Assembly (NCBI GenBank): GCA_965202585.1
Contig: OZ241826.1
Span: forward strand, 28,210,001 to 28,274,000
Origin: Thalia democratica
Taxonomy: Eukaryota
Direction: 5' to 3'
Length of the DNA stretch: 64,000 bases
Shown here: piece by piece, positions 11,941 to 26,200 of the stretch
How positions within the stretch are numbered: the stretch's first letter is position 1
How the letters are laid out: each line of letters opens with the position of its first letter
The notes under the pieces: generated by a model
The model's input: only the letters and a program-made list of their open reading frames with translations
What the model was told of the DNA's origin: nothing
Databases searched by the model: none
Translations under genes and position numbers: made by a program

Positions 11941-13869
11941 TAAACAAAATAAAACATAGCACATACAAAATGTAACTTGGTCTAAAAAAATTTTATTTTT
12001 TTCTTAACATTTAATTTATATCAGAAAGTAAAAGAACTAAAAAAATTTACGTTCGGTTTTACCTGAATTTTAACAATTCACTTTAACTTTAAAAATAATA
12101 TTAAAAATGTGTTTAAAGTTTACCTACTACAAAGATTGCAGCATTTGAAAAACACATAAATAAAAAAAAACACAAAAACAATTATTTAAGTGTTATGCCT
12201 ATATTCTGTAATACAAACTCATAAAATGTTCAGCATGTTACTGGTCTTTGCTGTCTAATACAATAAATACTAATAAATTAAAAGGTTTAAAAGCCTTACA
12301 TAAAAATAATATGACTCACATTTATAATAATTTGTAACAACTTTTTGTGACTTATTTGTACTTATACATTGTCAATATCCTTTTAGTTATTTGAACTTAT
12401 ACTTTATTAGTAATTTTTTAACTTTGCGGACTAAAATTTTGTCAGTTGTGTTTTTATTTGGTGAAATTAAGATTTATCAGTTTTAATTTGACTTTGTTGA
12501 TTTAAAGTTAGTAATTAACTTTCTGTGACTTATTAATTAATACCCATATGATACTTTTTTTAGTATGACCCTCTATTGTTTGTTAGTTTTATTTCTTTCT
12601 GGTTATGGTTTTATCTCAAGATTTTTTTAAAAGGGCAAAAAGCAGATGTCAGTATTGCTTCTTTAGAAAAATGCAAGTTTTACTGTAAAATTTGTCTTCG
12701 TTTATTATTAAATAAAATTCACTATGAAACTAAAATGGCAAGCAATTAAATATGTCATATAAAAGTGTGATAAATGCTACCTTAAAATTAAAAGTAATAT
12801 ACAAATAAAACATGTTTTGATAAAATAATGTATAGGTGTAACTATACCTAAAAGACTTGTGCTTTTTGAACTGGAGGACGCCGAATGTAACCGAAATGTT
12901 GTGTAGGTTACTTAAGACAGTTTTAGAGGTATAGTATACTTTAAACCTATACTAGAACACCATTAAAAAAAATAATTCTATCCCCACTAACACTAATACT
13001 AAAAAATATTTAAGGCTATTTATATGAAACCAGACATGATAATGAATGAACTTATAGTAGAAAAGAAAAGTTGCAAAACTAGCAAATATAAGGACCATGT
13101 ACAATATAAAAAATCTTACATTTTAGAAACTATTTCCATATTATTAAAACCTTCAAGCTTAAATAAAATTAAAAAAATCTATACTTTTAGAAAGTTTCAA
13201 CTAGAGAGTGAGAAAAAACTGCTTGAACTTGAAAAAGTGAATAAGTTATAAAACGTATTTATGAATAAAAAACATTCTTAAACTAAAAATTAAAAAAAAG
13301 AGGTATATATGATTATTCTGTAATTACATGTTAACTGCAGCAAGCTGTGGCTTGAATGATCTCCTTTCCAGCTGATGAGTATTTATATATGGCGCGAGCT
13401 TTCTCTGAAACGCTTGGATTACTAGGAACTTTAACTATATTGTTTAAAATAAATGGAAGGTTTTAAGTTAAAATTCTTATTCATCCAAGCGTTTAAGAGA
13501 AAGCTCGAAAGGTCACGTGTTCAGTTTGATAGGCTGTTACCCATCTATAACTCAATACCTCTATTACTAAAGTTTTGCATAGGCATACTAAAAAAAAGGT
13601 TAAAAATATTCTGAAGTTATATGAAATAGTTATCTTAGAAAGTAATGAAAACTTAGAAAATAGCCAAATAGAAAATGATACAACTTAGACTTAACCTCTG
13701 TTATTGTAACCAAACAAATCAGATTGTGAACTAAAGTTTTAGGATATTAAATGACAAATATTATTAACCGTTAAACAAAAGTAAATAAACAAGAATCAAT
13801 GATCACTTATGACTTAAATAATTACTATTTAATTAATAATTTCTAAGTTCATCCTTGAACCCTCCTAAA

Positions 13870-14770
13870 CAACTTTGATTTTTTAAACATAATGGTAACC
13901 CGGTCAATAATTTACTACCTTGGTCGGCGAGCATTTTGTGACCACAGTTGTTGTTGAACCTAGATAGGAAAAAAATCTGTTTCTAAAGATCTCGTTTGAT
14001 AATTTTAGTTTAAATTCCGTTGTATTACTCTTAATTTGTTATTTAATTGAGATTTTGGCAACCACAAGTCTATTTAACAGAAAGTAATACTGTTAGTTTT
14101 ATTATTTAATTAAAATTTCACCAATGGTTTTTTGTTAATAAAAAGCAAGTATTTTTAAAACATTTACTTAAGTTTTTTAATAATATTATTGTTATTGCTT
14201 TCTTTAAAGTTCAATAATGACTTTTTTTGAATTAAAAGAAAATTTATATAGCTAAACTTAAGTTTTCGAATACTTTTATAAAATAATTTTTAAAGCTTAA
14301 AACTTTAATCTTTACTTTGCTATTGTTCAGTAACAATCTTAAATTGTTGATTGTGATAGTTAAGACTAACAGTTTATATTTTCATCAAACAACCAAACAG
14401 AAATATGTTTCAAGAGAACTTGTTGACTGAGTTTACTATAAACATTTAGGCGATTTTTATTAGATCAGGGTCAAGAGTGGGTTAACTTTTATTAAGCTCG
14501 GAAGAACATACTTTACTTACTTTGAAATATAGGCTGTCATAGTTTTTATAAACATTTTAAGGAATGAATTAGATATTTAGTTATATAATAAAGCTTTATT
14601 TGTTGTAATACAACAAAGTTTCGTAATACAGTTTTGCCAAAAAATTTTCTTTTAAGCAAATAAGTCATCCTTACTAGCCTGAGTTTTAAATGAGATTAAC
14701 ACTGTAGGTAGAGTGTAGTACATAGAGCCAAGAGCTGTATCACATGTAACTCTTACATAAGTCCTAAAAT
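13870..14770 (-). mobile_element. Decayed CR1/L2-like LINE 3' fragment
   Basis: The minus strand near 13890-13960 reads PRFNNNCGHKMLADQGSKLLTGLP, resembling the CR1/L2 ORF2 C-terminal P..T.YG..S..Y.G.KLWN.LP motif. A homologous segment lies on the plus strand at about 57050-58200. Confidence 0.45.
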
Positions 14771-15249
14771 AAAACATTAATGATAAAAAGACAAAATATT
14801 CAGAAGAGTCATTATTCTTAAAAAACTCTTAAATCAAAAAAACTAGCCTAAAAACTAGAAAAACTCAAATTAAATGAACTTTAAAAAAGTATCTTACATT
14901 TAGGGCTTATAAGAAAAAAAAATTAAGACAAAATGATGTTATAAAGTTAGTACAGTAGTGTTATTTACAAAATTACTATTTAGATTAAACTTATGAAAAA
15001 TATAGCGTTTTTTTTATACACGTCATATCACAAAGTAATAAGGCAGTGATCTTCAGGCTTTAAACGTAAAGCTCAAAAGTTAAATAAAAAAGTATTTATC
15101 TCGTTGAAAATTTAATACCGACGGTTTACCAGCTATGTTGTTATGGACTTAAGACTTATAGTAAAATTATTAGTAGCCAACTAAGACTTAATTAATGTTA
15201 CATTAACCAAAAAAATCAGATTTGTATCAATGTTTTTTGTTGTTAAATG

Positions 15250-17450
15250 ACAAATATTATTAACTCCTTAAACAAAAGTAGACAGACGAATAGCAAACAT
15301 GATTTATGATCCAGTAACCTACAAGGAATTGTTTATATGGTTATAGTGTGTTTTACGTCCACACAGGGTTTCCTCTTTTTTTACAAAACACGGTTGCCAC
15401 AGATCAAGCCGAGAAAAATTTCCTGACTTTTCTAACTCAAACTCTTAATCTAAACTTTTTCTAAAGTACATAGTCAAGCACTTGAAACTATATGAAGTTT
15501 TTAATCTAATTTTAATACAGGTTAAAACAAAGTTTTCTGTTTTGCTGAATTCAATGATCAAACTTCCATTAGATCACTTGAACCATTTGTGTATGAATAA
15601 TGTGTTTGCAATAAACTGACCTATCAGCAAAATATTGTTATTATTACCTTACAAACACAGCTTGTCTGAAATTAGAAACATTTTTTTATCATTTTTAACA
15701 TATATACTTAAGTAACAGTTAGAAAATACATTAAAAATCAGACTATTTATCTTTGTATGAAATATTTCCTCCTATCATTTAGCATAAAATCTGTAACAAA
15801 TAAATCTACTCTTGTTTGTATTTAAAATTAAGTTATTCTACAAAAATACAAATAAGTAATCTGAATAATGGCATATATCTCTCTTATAACTTAATTTAAA
15901 AATTTAAAAACTTAAAAAAATTATAAAGAGGTAAAGTATACACATTAAGTTGTTACATAAAATACTAAACTAACTGCTTATTTATAAACAGCTCAATTAT
16001 TTACTAGAAGAAAAAACACTTTGATTCTAATATTATGCTAAATTATCTTATATGTAAATATCACAGTTTGACTTTGGAAGTGTCCTTGCTACTGATCATC
16101 AATACTAATAAAGCTACAAAATCTGCTCGTTCAATATGTTTAAAGAAATTTTTTGCAACTATATTAAGGATATTTTGTTAGTTTATACCATATAAACACA
16201 ATGAAATCTGAAAAATTTTGATAATTACTAGCAAAATTTTGCAATTTTTTTCTGACTTCAAAGGCATTTTAATTAACTCTTTTACTATTTGAAGGATTTT
16301 TAAAATGAGGAATTTTGTAAATTTAAAAATCTGACTATTGTTTCATCTTTATCAATTTTCCTAACATTTCCTGACTTTTTTCAAAAACCCCAATTTTTCC
16401 TGACTTTTCCTTATTTCTTGACCTTGTAGCAACCCTGTCAAAAATTTTTCTAGTTTTTTAAAATTTCTTCCAAGTTTGTAAAGTACACATTTTTGGGTCT
16501 ATTTTTAGTTTAAAGTTAAGTTTAAGGTAAGAAACTGTGTTAAATAATATAAAAACACTAAAAATATACTATAAACCTACTTTAAATGTATTATTTATAA
16601 AAAAAATTCTTGATGATGACAAAAACTTTTTATCTATTTTATAGATTTTTTGAGTAAAATTTAATTTTTACTACTCATTAATGTTAAAATTGTTAAAATT
16701 ACAGATTTTTTTAGTGATTATTGTTCAAAAATACAGGTTTTTCTCAAAATATATCAAATTTTAGGTTTTATTTGCCTAAGGATTTACCAGGTTTCCAGGT
16801 AAAATGGCAACCCTGACCAATACCACAATAAATAGATAAAAACATTTAGGAAACTAAAAACTAAATTTAAAAATACTTAGTGCTACTGTATATAAAACTA
16901 GGCATGTCATGAGTAAACATATAAATACAAAGAACAGATACAAACACTAACAAATAAATAAAAATCAACAACTTTAGAATACAACTTTAGTTGGAATAAA
17001 AAAAAATTAAATTTTAATCAAATCTATATTTTATATGCTTTAAAATGTATAATTAATTTGAAAACTATTAACTGTAAATAAAAAAACAACAATCTAGAAA
17101 AAAATTACTTATAATAACAAAAAACACAAACTTCTACTTAAACAAAGTTTTGCAGCAGTAAGGGTGTCTAGAATGTTTTCCTCTACAACAATTGAGTATT
17201 AATATATGGCTATTGTATGCTAATGCAAACTTGCATCAGTAAAACACGTGACCTTGCAAGCTTTTTCTTAAACGCTTGAATGAACAAAAGCTTTAACTTA
17301 AAAACTTTTATTAATTTAATCAGTTATCAATTGCAATATTTTATAATGTTTCACTTCTATTCTATTTTTGCAAGAGAATCTTCACTCTACTTCTCCTCTG
17401 CTTTTAGTGGAAAAATAAACACTACCCTTCCTTTATAAACACAAGGCCTA
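15250..17450 (+). repeat. Segmental duplicate of ~34550-36760 (and of 63070->64000); its right part is also present inverted at ~23340-24560 and ~40540-41735
   Basis: Collinear shared anchors: taaatgacaaatatta, tatgatccagta, MITE A, MITE B, ggcatgtcatga and the conserved upstream block. Confidence 0.85.
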
Positions 17451-18800
17451 CAGTGAAGGTTAACACTAAATTTACTGTAAAAAATGCTTTTACAACTAAC
17501 TAAAAATAATAAAAATAATCATAATTGTGTACATAGCTTTTAAATTAAAAAAATTAAGCTTATGATATCTTTTTTTTTTCCAAAGTCTGACTCATTATAG
17601 CTTTTTTTTAATCAGGTTAATTTAAGTTTCTATAAAATCACAGGACAAATTTCTAACTAGATTTTAAATTATGTTAAGTTAATTTGGTTTAAATATTTTT
17701 TTCCTTTGAAGCCAATTTTGTTGATGAACAACATTTTTAGAAAAAAAAAAAGGGTTTGAACAATTTCAGGAGAGATTTTGGTTACGTTAGACATGACAAT
17801 AAGTCTCAGAATAATTAAGATGTATTTACAAACATTAGTTTTTAAAGTCTGGTATCTAAAGGTGTTTTATTTTTACAGAGGACCCATGCAAAATGGAATT
17901 TTTTTTAATCAATTTCTAAAAATTTGATTGACTTAAAATAAAGACGAATTAAAATAATAAATTTTAGCTTAGTTAGATTGAAATAAACTGACAGTAATAA
18001 GCAAAAAGTAGGTGGATTTGATTTATTTTTTGTATAAAAAACAGGGTGGCCACTTCACCTGGAAACCTGATATTTGAGAAATTTTGTAAAAAATCCTGGA
18101 AAATCTAGAAGTTTGAACAAAAAACACTAAAAAACCTAGAGTTTTTACAGTTTTACCATGTTCAGTAGTATAATTTCGATTTTACTCAAAAAATATATCA
18201 TATAGATTAAAAATTTGGTCATCATTAGTTTTAAAGTAGCATTTAAATTGTTTCATTTAAATCATTTAAATCATTTAAACATTTAAAGTAGCTTTACAGT
18301 ATCTTTTTAATGTTTTCATACTATTTGACACAGTTTCTTACATTAAAACTAGCTTTAAACTAAAAATATACTCAAAAATGTTTACTTTTAAAATTTAGAA
18401 GAAATTTGGAAAACTGTAAAAAATTATGCAAAAAATGAGAGTCAACTTGAATAAACTAAAAAAAACATGCAATTTATTTTTGTTCTGTTGCCTTACCAAA
18501 ATTTATTTTAAAATATTATGATGAAAATAGTATAAAGATTTATCTATTCAATTTTTAATGTCAAAAATATCTTCAAGAATTTCTTGTTTTCTATTAACTT
18601 TAAAAACAAAAAACTGGTTATTTATCTTATATAACAAGCCACTCAACACTATATTAATTCAAGCGTTGTTTTTTTTTTAAATCGTATTTTTAATGGTAAG
18701 TATTTTTTTAGTTTTACGAAAACAATAAAAACAGATTGTTTAAAGAAATTTGTTATTAAATAACAAAGCATTGAAACTAAATATTTTAAATCTCGTTGAA
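17440..18800 (+). repeat. Direct segmental duplicate of ~38378-39510 plus 40281-40425
   Basis: Both start acacaaggcctacagtgaaggttaacactaaatttactgtaaaaa and stay collinear at high identity through MITE B to aaatctcgttgaaaa. Confidence 0.9.
18042..18449. mobile_element. MITE family B (~400 bp, CAGGGT[G/T]GCCA ends)
   Basis: Left end cagggtggccacttcacctggaaacctg, degenerate right end gagtcaacttg. Related copies at 38971-39359, about 16438-16815, 24002-24381, 35744-36138, 39711-40091 and 41167-41541. Confidence 0.6.
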
Positions 18801-19721
18801 AATCTAGCAAAAGTTGTCTGGTTTTACCTAAAATCTTTAAATATTATCAGATCCTTTTCAACTAAACTGACCTGGTTATCCTGAGATTTTTATAGGTTTT
18901 ATAAGTAAAAGCACTTTGGTTTTTCTTTAATTTAGTAGGATGGCTAACCACTGTTAAAGTCAAAAACACTGTATTGGGTCAACTTTGCTTTTTTAAAAAT
19001 AATTAAGTTTTTGTTTTTACAATTTGACAAAATCAATAGAAACTAGGTTTTTCAACAAAATTGGTTCTAAATAACAAAAAGTTAAAACTTAACTGTTTTA
19101 TTCAAAATCTAGCAAAATTTGTCTTAAATTCTAAAACATCTTAAGTTATGGCCCATGTGGCCTAAGTCATCCTGGAATTTTCAAAGGACTTGAAATGTTC
19201 TTAGTATTTTAAAGTGAGTGGCAAACCTGGTATATTTTAAATAAAAATGCTACCTAATCTTTTGAAATACACTGGAAATGAAATATTTTTGTTAGTTTTT
19301 TTATAACTTAATTTAATTGTTTTATATACAAAAATGATTTTAACTCCATGCCTTTTGAATAATTTTTTAGAAACCAGGTAGAATAGCCACCAAGCTATCG
19401 CTTTAAACTAAAAAAATTGTTATTATTCTACATTATCTGATGGCTATTAGACACTTTTATTTTTTTTTATTTTCTATAAAGGTTGTTTTACATGACACAA
19501 TCCTTTTTTACTCGACATATATAGTTTATCTTTAAGGTTTAGCTTAGTTGATCATAAAATTTTATTTAAATTACTAAGATCTATAAAAACAAATGTATAC
19601 TTGATTGTAAAAATAACGAAATTTGAACTGGTTTATAAAGATCTTTTGGTGCTTGAGTACTTTGGGTAATGCCTTAAACTTAAACTTTCAAAAAAGATCT
19701 CTATATGCTTTTTATACGAAC

Positions 19722-20621
19722 TAGTGATGTACCGGACTCACTATCCTAGTCCGGATCCGGCCGGATAATGCCATTTTTCGTCTGATATACGGATCGGGCC
19801 GGATCTTGATATGAAAAAAAAGTCCGTATCCGGCCAGATTCTAATTTGAAAAAAAAGTCTGGATCCGGTTCCTGCCGAATCCTAATAGAGATCCGGACGA
19901 TTCGGATCAGTTAGTAAAAAAGAGCATACAGAAAAGTATTTTTTCAAAAACAAACCCTTTATAAATTAAAAAGAGTCATTTTCGTCAGTTAAAATTAAAC
20001 ACCTACCGTGATTGGCTCATTTTGAACTCGTGACTAACTCACATTTGTTTACATTTATACTAACTAAAACTTTACTACCAAATTGTTATGCTAGTTTAAA
20101 GATTTTTTGAAAAACTCAGGCTAGTTTTCTTTTAGATTTTGAATGAGTTTAAGCTGATCCAGTTTTCAATATTTTGTGATTTTCTACTTAATTTTGTTCA
20201 AGAACTTAATTTTAATTGATTATAGATTGGTGAGGCAATGGGGGGGTACTCCTTGATTTTTACAAGTTGAGCTTATTTAATAGATTTTAATCTTAGCTAC
20301 CAGATATTGTTTCTGTGATGTACTTTATCTTTCTATCAATTTTCCTTATACTAAATTTTAAGTTATTCATAGTTTTTTTTAGCTTTTATAGAAATGCAAT
20401 TTTGAAACTACAAATGTAAGCTCTACTTTTTATGTAAAAACTAGTGATGTACCGGACTCAATATCCGGATACGGATCCGGCCGGATATTGCCATTTTTGT
20501 CTGATATCCGGATCCTAAATTGAAAAAAAATCCGGAACCGGTTCCGGCCGGATTCTAATTTGAAAAAAAGTCCGGATCCGGGTCCGACCGGACCCGAAAT
20601 TGTGAATCCGGTACATCACTA
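19722..20621. mobile_element. Non-autonomous hAT-type element with TAGTGATGTACCGGA terminal inverted repeats
   Basis: Left end tagtgatgtaccggactca (19722), right end tgaatccggtacatcacta (ends 20621). Flanking 8-mers atacgaac and atacgatc match at 7/8, consistent with an 8-bp TSD. There are many subterminal (A)TCCGG repeats and a second left end at 20442. Confidence 0.75.
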
Positions 20622-23242
20622 ATACGATCAGTTCAGACGATTGTAAAACAATTTATAAATTAGTTATGACTATAAGAATGAAATGCATATTAAACTATAT
20701 TTTAAACAACAGGTTTGCAAAATTATTTTTTTTTAAATATTTTTAAGTACTTTGAGTAATGGCCTGTACTTTAAAAAAGCAAAATTAGATGTTTTTTAAG
20801 GAACAATTCAGATTGTTTTAATATTTTCGATACATTAGTTACAAAAAGAGATGTATTAAACTGTTCATATTATAACACATCTGCAAAATTTTAAAATTTT
20901 TTAAAACACTAAAACACATTTTCAGTTTGGTTTCTCAGACATTTAACCACAAAACCAGAATGGTTTTTTGCAATGTATCCACCTATTAATTTAAGCTACC
21001 TAAAATTATACAAAATCCAGTGAATAATAAGACAATGTGGTTTTACTTAAATTTGTATAATTCAAGGTAACTTAAATTAGTTGTTGTATGCAGTGCAAGA
21101 AACATTTCTGGTTTTGTGGTTGTCTGAGCATCAAACTGAAAATGAATTTTTGTTTTTTTATTTAATTTTAAGAATTTTTTTATTAAAATTTATAAGAATA
21201 ATTATACCTAAAATGTAAGAAAATATTCCATTAATTTTCAAAAAATTATTTTATGCTCACAAAAGGTCTAAATTAAAGGCCAATGTTTACTATAGTAACA
21301 AAAATATTATAATCCCCTCATGTATGGCCTCAACTATATTCAAATAATACTTATAAGTTTAATAACCAAGAAAAGCAGGATAAACGAGATTTAAAGTCAA
21401 TCTTTAAAAGTTTTAAACACACAAGCAAATAAAATTATTTTCCATATGTTTGTCTGTGATGAACCTGCTGCGTTTACTTGCATTTCGTATTTTGAAGATT
21501 TAATATGCAGTTTTCGTAAATAAAATGAATATACTTGAGTTTGTGTAATCAAGCACAATAAATCTCTCTAGTTACATTTATTATTTTGATTGTGGTTGAT
21601 AAGACATATCAACTGAGAATTATATCTATATTATTGACTTAAAACTGCACAAAAAACTTATTAATGAAGTATTATTGTTAAAGTAAAAGAAAATTATTAA
21701 CAACATGATTTGAAATCTACGCTAGATACTTTAGATGACGATGAGAAAAAAGTCTCGGAAATTTTTAATAGTAGATAGTAAACCTTGATAGAAAAGCCAT
21801 ATTTTTTTTAAAAGGAACACTTTTGACGAAATGTTCAGGAAACCCTGATTTAGATATTTTTTATTGTAAATATTGCATCTTTTAGTGAAGAAGCAATAAT
21901 TACATTTACCTTCTGCTGTTTTCTAAAGCCTTTAAAGTTTAACCATAACCAAAAGTAATAGAGAGTTATGAAATCAACATGTAATCGAAGGTTAATTTGA
22001 ACAAAGTACCTTAGGGAGAAAAAATGAGTTTAAAAAAAGTTAACAGAGTTTTAGTCCCAATAAGTCACCTAAAGTTGGTGACAAGTTTTAAGCTATTAAA
22101 GTCAAAATAAAACTAAAATTTTATTCTACAAAATTAAACTAGAACTGTCATAATTTAAGTCAAAAGAGTCAGAATTTAACTGCCAAATTTTTATTACACT
22201 AAGTCTAAATATTACTGACAAAGTTTAAGTCCTCAGAGCTAAAAAAGAACTGACAAATTTAAAGTCAACAGATACAAAAAAGAACTTAAATAATTTAAGA
22301 CCATAAGTCACAGTAGAACATGTAAAAAATAATAAAATAGAATAAACAAAATGGTAGTCTAATCAATTAACACAAGTATTGAAAATGTATAAGTTACAAG
22401 TAATCACAAAAAATGGTGACCATTTTTAAGTCAAAGTTAGTCATATTAAAGTTTTGTAAGGTACTTAAATCTTAATAGCATAATAAAAAGGATAAAAGTT
22501 ATTAGTTTATAAGTCAGCAATAACCAGTAACACCCTGAGATATTTAGGAATTTCTGTCAAGGAAATTAGCATGAAATTTAAATGTTATTTTTTTGTGTTT
22601 TTTATACTTATCTGTTTCAAATGCTGCAATGTTTATAGTAGGTTGTAACACACATTTGATACTATTTTTGAAATTAAGATGAAAAGTTTAGGTAAAAAGA
22701 TAAGTTTTTCTGGTTAAAACACAATTAGTTTTATTTTTATTATCAATAAAAAAAAATTTAGAATTAAAGTATAGCGAAATTTTTAAATTTAGTATACATT
22801 AAAATTTTTTTGGATAACATTAGTTAATTTGATCAAGTCAGATTATAAGCAATCTCAATACTTTAAAATGAACCAGAACTGTGGAAGCAGAAAGAAATTG
22901 ACTGTAAGCTTTCCTTGTTTTTTTTTAAGTGTCTTTGGTTAATTTGTTTAAAAATTTTCTTCTTTATTTTATTTACATAAAACTGTCTTTGTTTTTGTTA
23001 AACATTTTGTTTTGTTTTGTAACTAAAAACGTTTGTTTTTTGTGTTAATAACTAATTGAAATTTTTCATTGACTTTGTTGATTGGTTATTTACAGCAATC
23101 TTATTACTTAAGCAGTTTTCTAAAGTTATTATTACTACTTTAAAAACTAATGTTGTATTTCAAATTTCTGCAGTAAGTTTCTAAAGAATTGCGGTGAAAA
23201 TACATTAAAACTTTTGTGGTAAAACATTGACTGTTCTTTTTA

Positions 23243-26200
23243 TAGGTAAACATTAAAGTAAACTTATGTTTTTAATGTTAAAAAATAATATTAGTATTAG
23301 ATTTTACCCCAAGTTCTATTTTCATATGTGTTACTTTTTTTCCTTCTTTATAAAGGAAGGGTAGTGTTATTTATTATTAGGGTTGTTTATTTTACAACAA
23401 AAAGGTAGAGGAAAAATAGAGTGAGGATTCTCTTCAAAAAGATGAAGAGGTAGTTGAACTGGAAATAAAATAATTTCATTTGATAACTATTTAAATTTGA
23501 AAACAGTTTTTAAGCTTGAGCTCTTTTTCTTCCAATCGTTTAAGTGAATGCTTGCAAGATCACGTATTTTACTGATGCAAGTTTGCATTTGCATACAATA
23601 GCCATATATTAATACTGTTTTATTGTAGAGGAAATCATTCTAGACACCCTATCTGCTGCTAAAACTTTGTTCAGTAAAAGTTTGTGTTTTTTATTCACAG
23701 TAATTTTTTTTTCTAAACAATAATGTTTTTTATATACAGTAAACGATTTATAATTTAATTATATATTTTAAAGTATAATCGATATAAATTTGATTTAAAT
23801 AAAACTTTTATATTCCAGTGAAAGTTATTTTCTAAAGTTTTTAATTTTTATAAATTTTTAAGTGTTTGTATCTGTTTTTTGTGAAAGATATGTTCATTTA
23901 TGACATGCCTAGTTTTATATACAGTAGCACTAAGTATTATTTAGTATAGCTTTTAGTTTCATAAATGTAATTATCTATTTATTGTGCTTAATAGCGTGGG
24001 TCTGGGTTGCTATTTATCTGTAAAACTGGTAAAACCTGGAATTTGACAATTTAGGCAAAAAAACCTGGAATTTGAGAAATTTTGAAAAAATCCTTGAATT
24101 TTAACAATATTTACTGAAAAAGCCTTGAATTTTAACAATTTTTATGTTACTAAGTAGTAAAATTTCGACTAGTCTCTAAAAATATATCAAATAAATAAAA
24201 AGGTTTTGTCATCATCAACATTTTCTTAAATTTATTTAATGTAGCTTTAAAGTTTACTTTCAATGTATTTTTATTATTTATCACAGTTTCTTACCTAAAA
24301 CTTAACTTTTAATAAAAAATAAACCTAAAATGTGTACTTTTAAAATCTTTGAAAAGTTTGGAAAACCTGGAAAAATTGCGACAGGGTTGCTACAACGTCA
24401 GGAAATAAAGAAAAGTCAGGGAAAAATAGGGGGTTTTAAAGAAAATTCTAGAAAAGTCCGGGATATTGAAAAATTTAAAAAAAAGTGTGATTTTTTTAGG
24501 TTAAATTTACAAAATTCCTAATTTTGTAAAGCCTTCAAGTGTTAATAAAAAAGTTAAAAATCCTTTAAAGTAAGATTAAAGTTTAAATTTTTTCCTAGAA
24601 ATTGACAATTTTTTTAGTTCTCATTACACTCATCAGGTATAAATTAATAAAATATCCTTTATCTAATTATCATTATATTATCATTAATATTGTTATTAAA
24701 TATCCTAAAATTGTTATTTTTACTTGTATTAAAATAACATTAAAAGCTTCATATTATTTCAAGTGATAGATTATGTATTTTAGAATAAGTTTGAATTAAG
24801 AGTATGATTTAAAAATTTATGAAATGTCAGGAAGAAATGGAGGTTTTGAAAAAAATGTCAAGAAATGTCAAGAGAACTGACAAAAATAAAAGAAAGTCAG
24901 AATTTATCATTATAAATTTACAAAATTCTTTATTTTACAAAGCCTTCAAATAGTAATACAATAATAAATAGTAATAGTGGATAACCTATACAAATAAACT
25001 GTGAGCTGAGATTACTGTTTAAGTAAACTTATAATAAACTAATATACTTTCAAAGTAAACATAAAAGTATGTACTTTTTTTTATATAACTTCAAATGTTT
25101 TCTGCTTCTTTTAAATAAATTTTTAGGCTTGAAAAATTATTTTTAAGCTAAGGATTTTTTTCTCGATAAATACATAGTATCTAGTGTTACATTATGTTAC
25201 TTTTATTTTTTAACTTACAAAAAATAAATTAAGTTTACTGACCAACTAATTTTTGAGCACTATGTCTTATAACCAAACATTTGAGCGCTTTTATTTGTCC
25301 TTCAAAAAATTTTGTATGAATAAATTAACTTTTTTAAATTTTTTTATGTTTATAATTTATAATAACTATATAGTAATATTTTTTATGTTATATAAAAATA
25401 TATAATAGTTAAATATAAGCTTGACTAAGTATTTCAATCAGTTTATTATGTAAAAAATTAAAATAAAAAAATTTAACTTTATTTACTAATAATACTAAAA
25501 ATCCTTCAGCTCACAACAATTTTACTTCTAACTCTTTAAAAAAAATTGTTAGCTGTTTTCCTAATATTTTCATGTTTGCTACAAATATTGTTTTTCTCAT
25601 TTTATAAATTAAATCTAACTTGCATTTTAAATTGTAATTTTCAAATATTTCACTGATTTTTTTTAAGGTATAGGATTAAACTGTATTTTAATTTTTATGT
25701 TGTTAGAAAAGGATTTCGGAACATCGTGAATAAATTTTTTTAAAGTAAACACATAACTGAACTAACTTTCTTTTCATTCATTTTATTAATTTTATTTTTT
25801 TTGATTTCAAAGTTTTGATAGTTTATAAAATATTAGTTTTTATTTACTCGCAAGAAATTTTAAAAGCATGTGGTCGGATAACAAAATTTATAAGTTTTTT
25901 TTATTTTTACTATTACTCTTACTACTAACCCTTACCCTTGATTGGTAACGTTGTTTTTTTATAAACAAATAATTATTATTTTTTTAATTAGTTTCATTTC
26001 TACCCCCGTGCAAAAATGACCTTTCGTGCAGAAGTGTCTTAGTGCAAAATTGTCCCATCGTGCATATTTGACCCGCTTCCCTTAGACCAAACATTTTAAA
26101 AGTAAATTTTTATCGATCAAAAAACATTATAAATATAAAAAAGCAATAAATATGTTTTGTACTCAAAGCATTGTCTATACATTAACTACTTACTTGGTTA

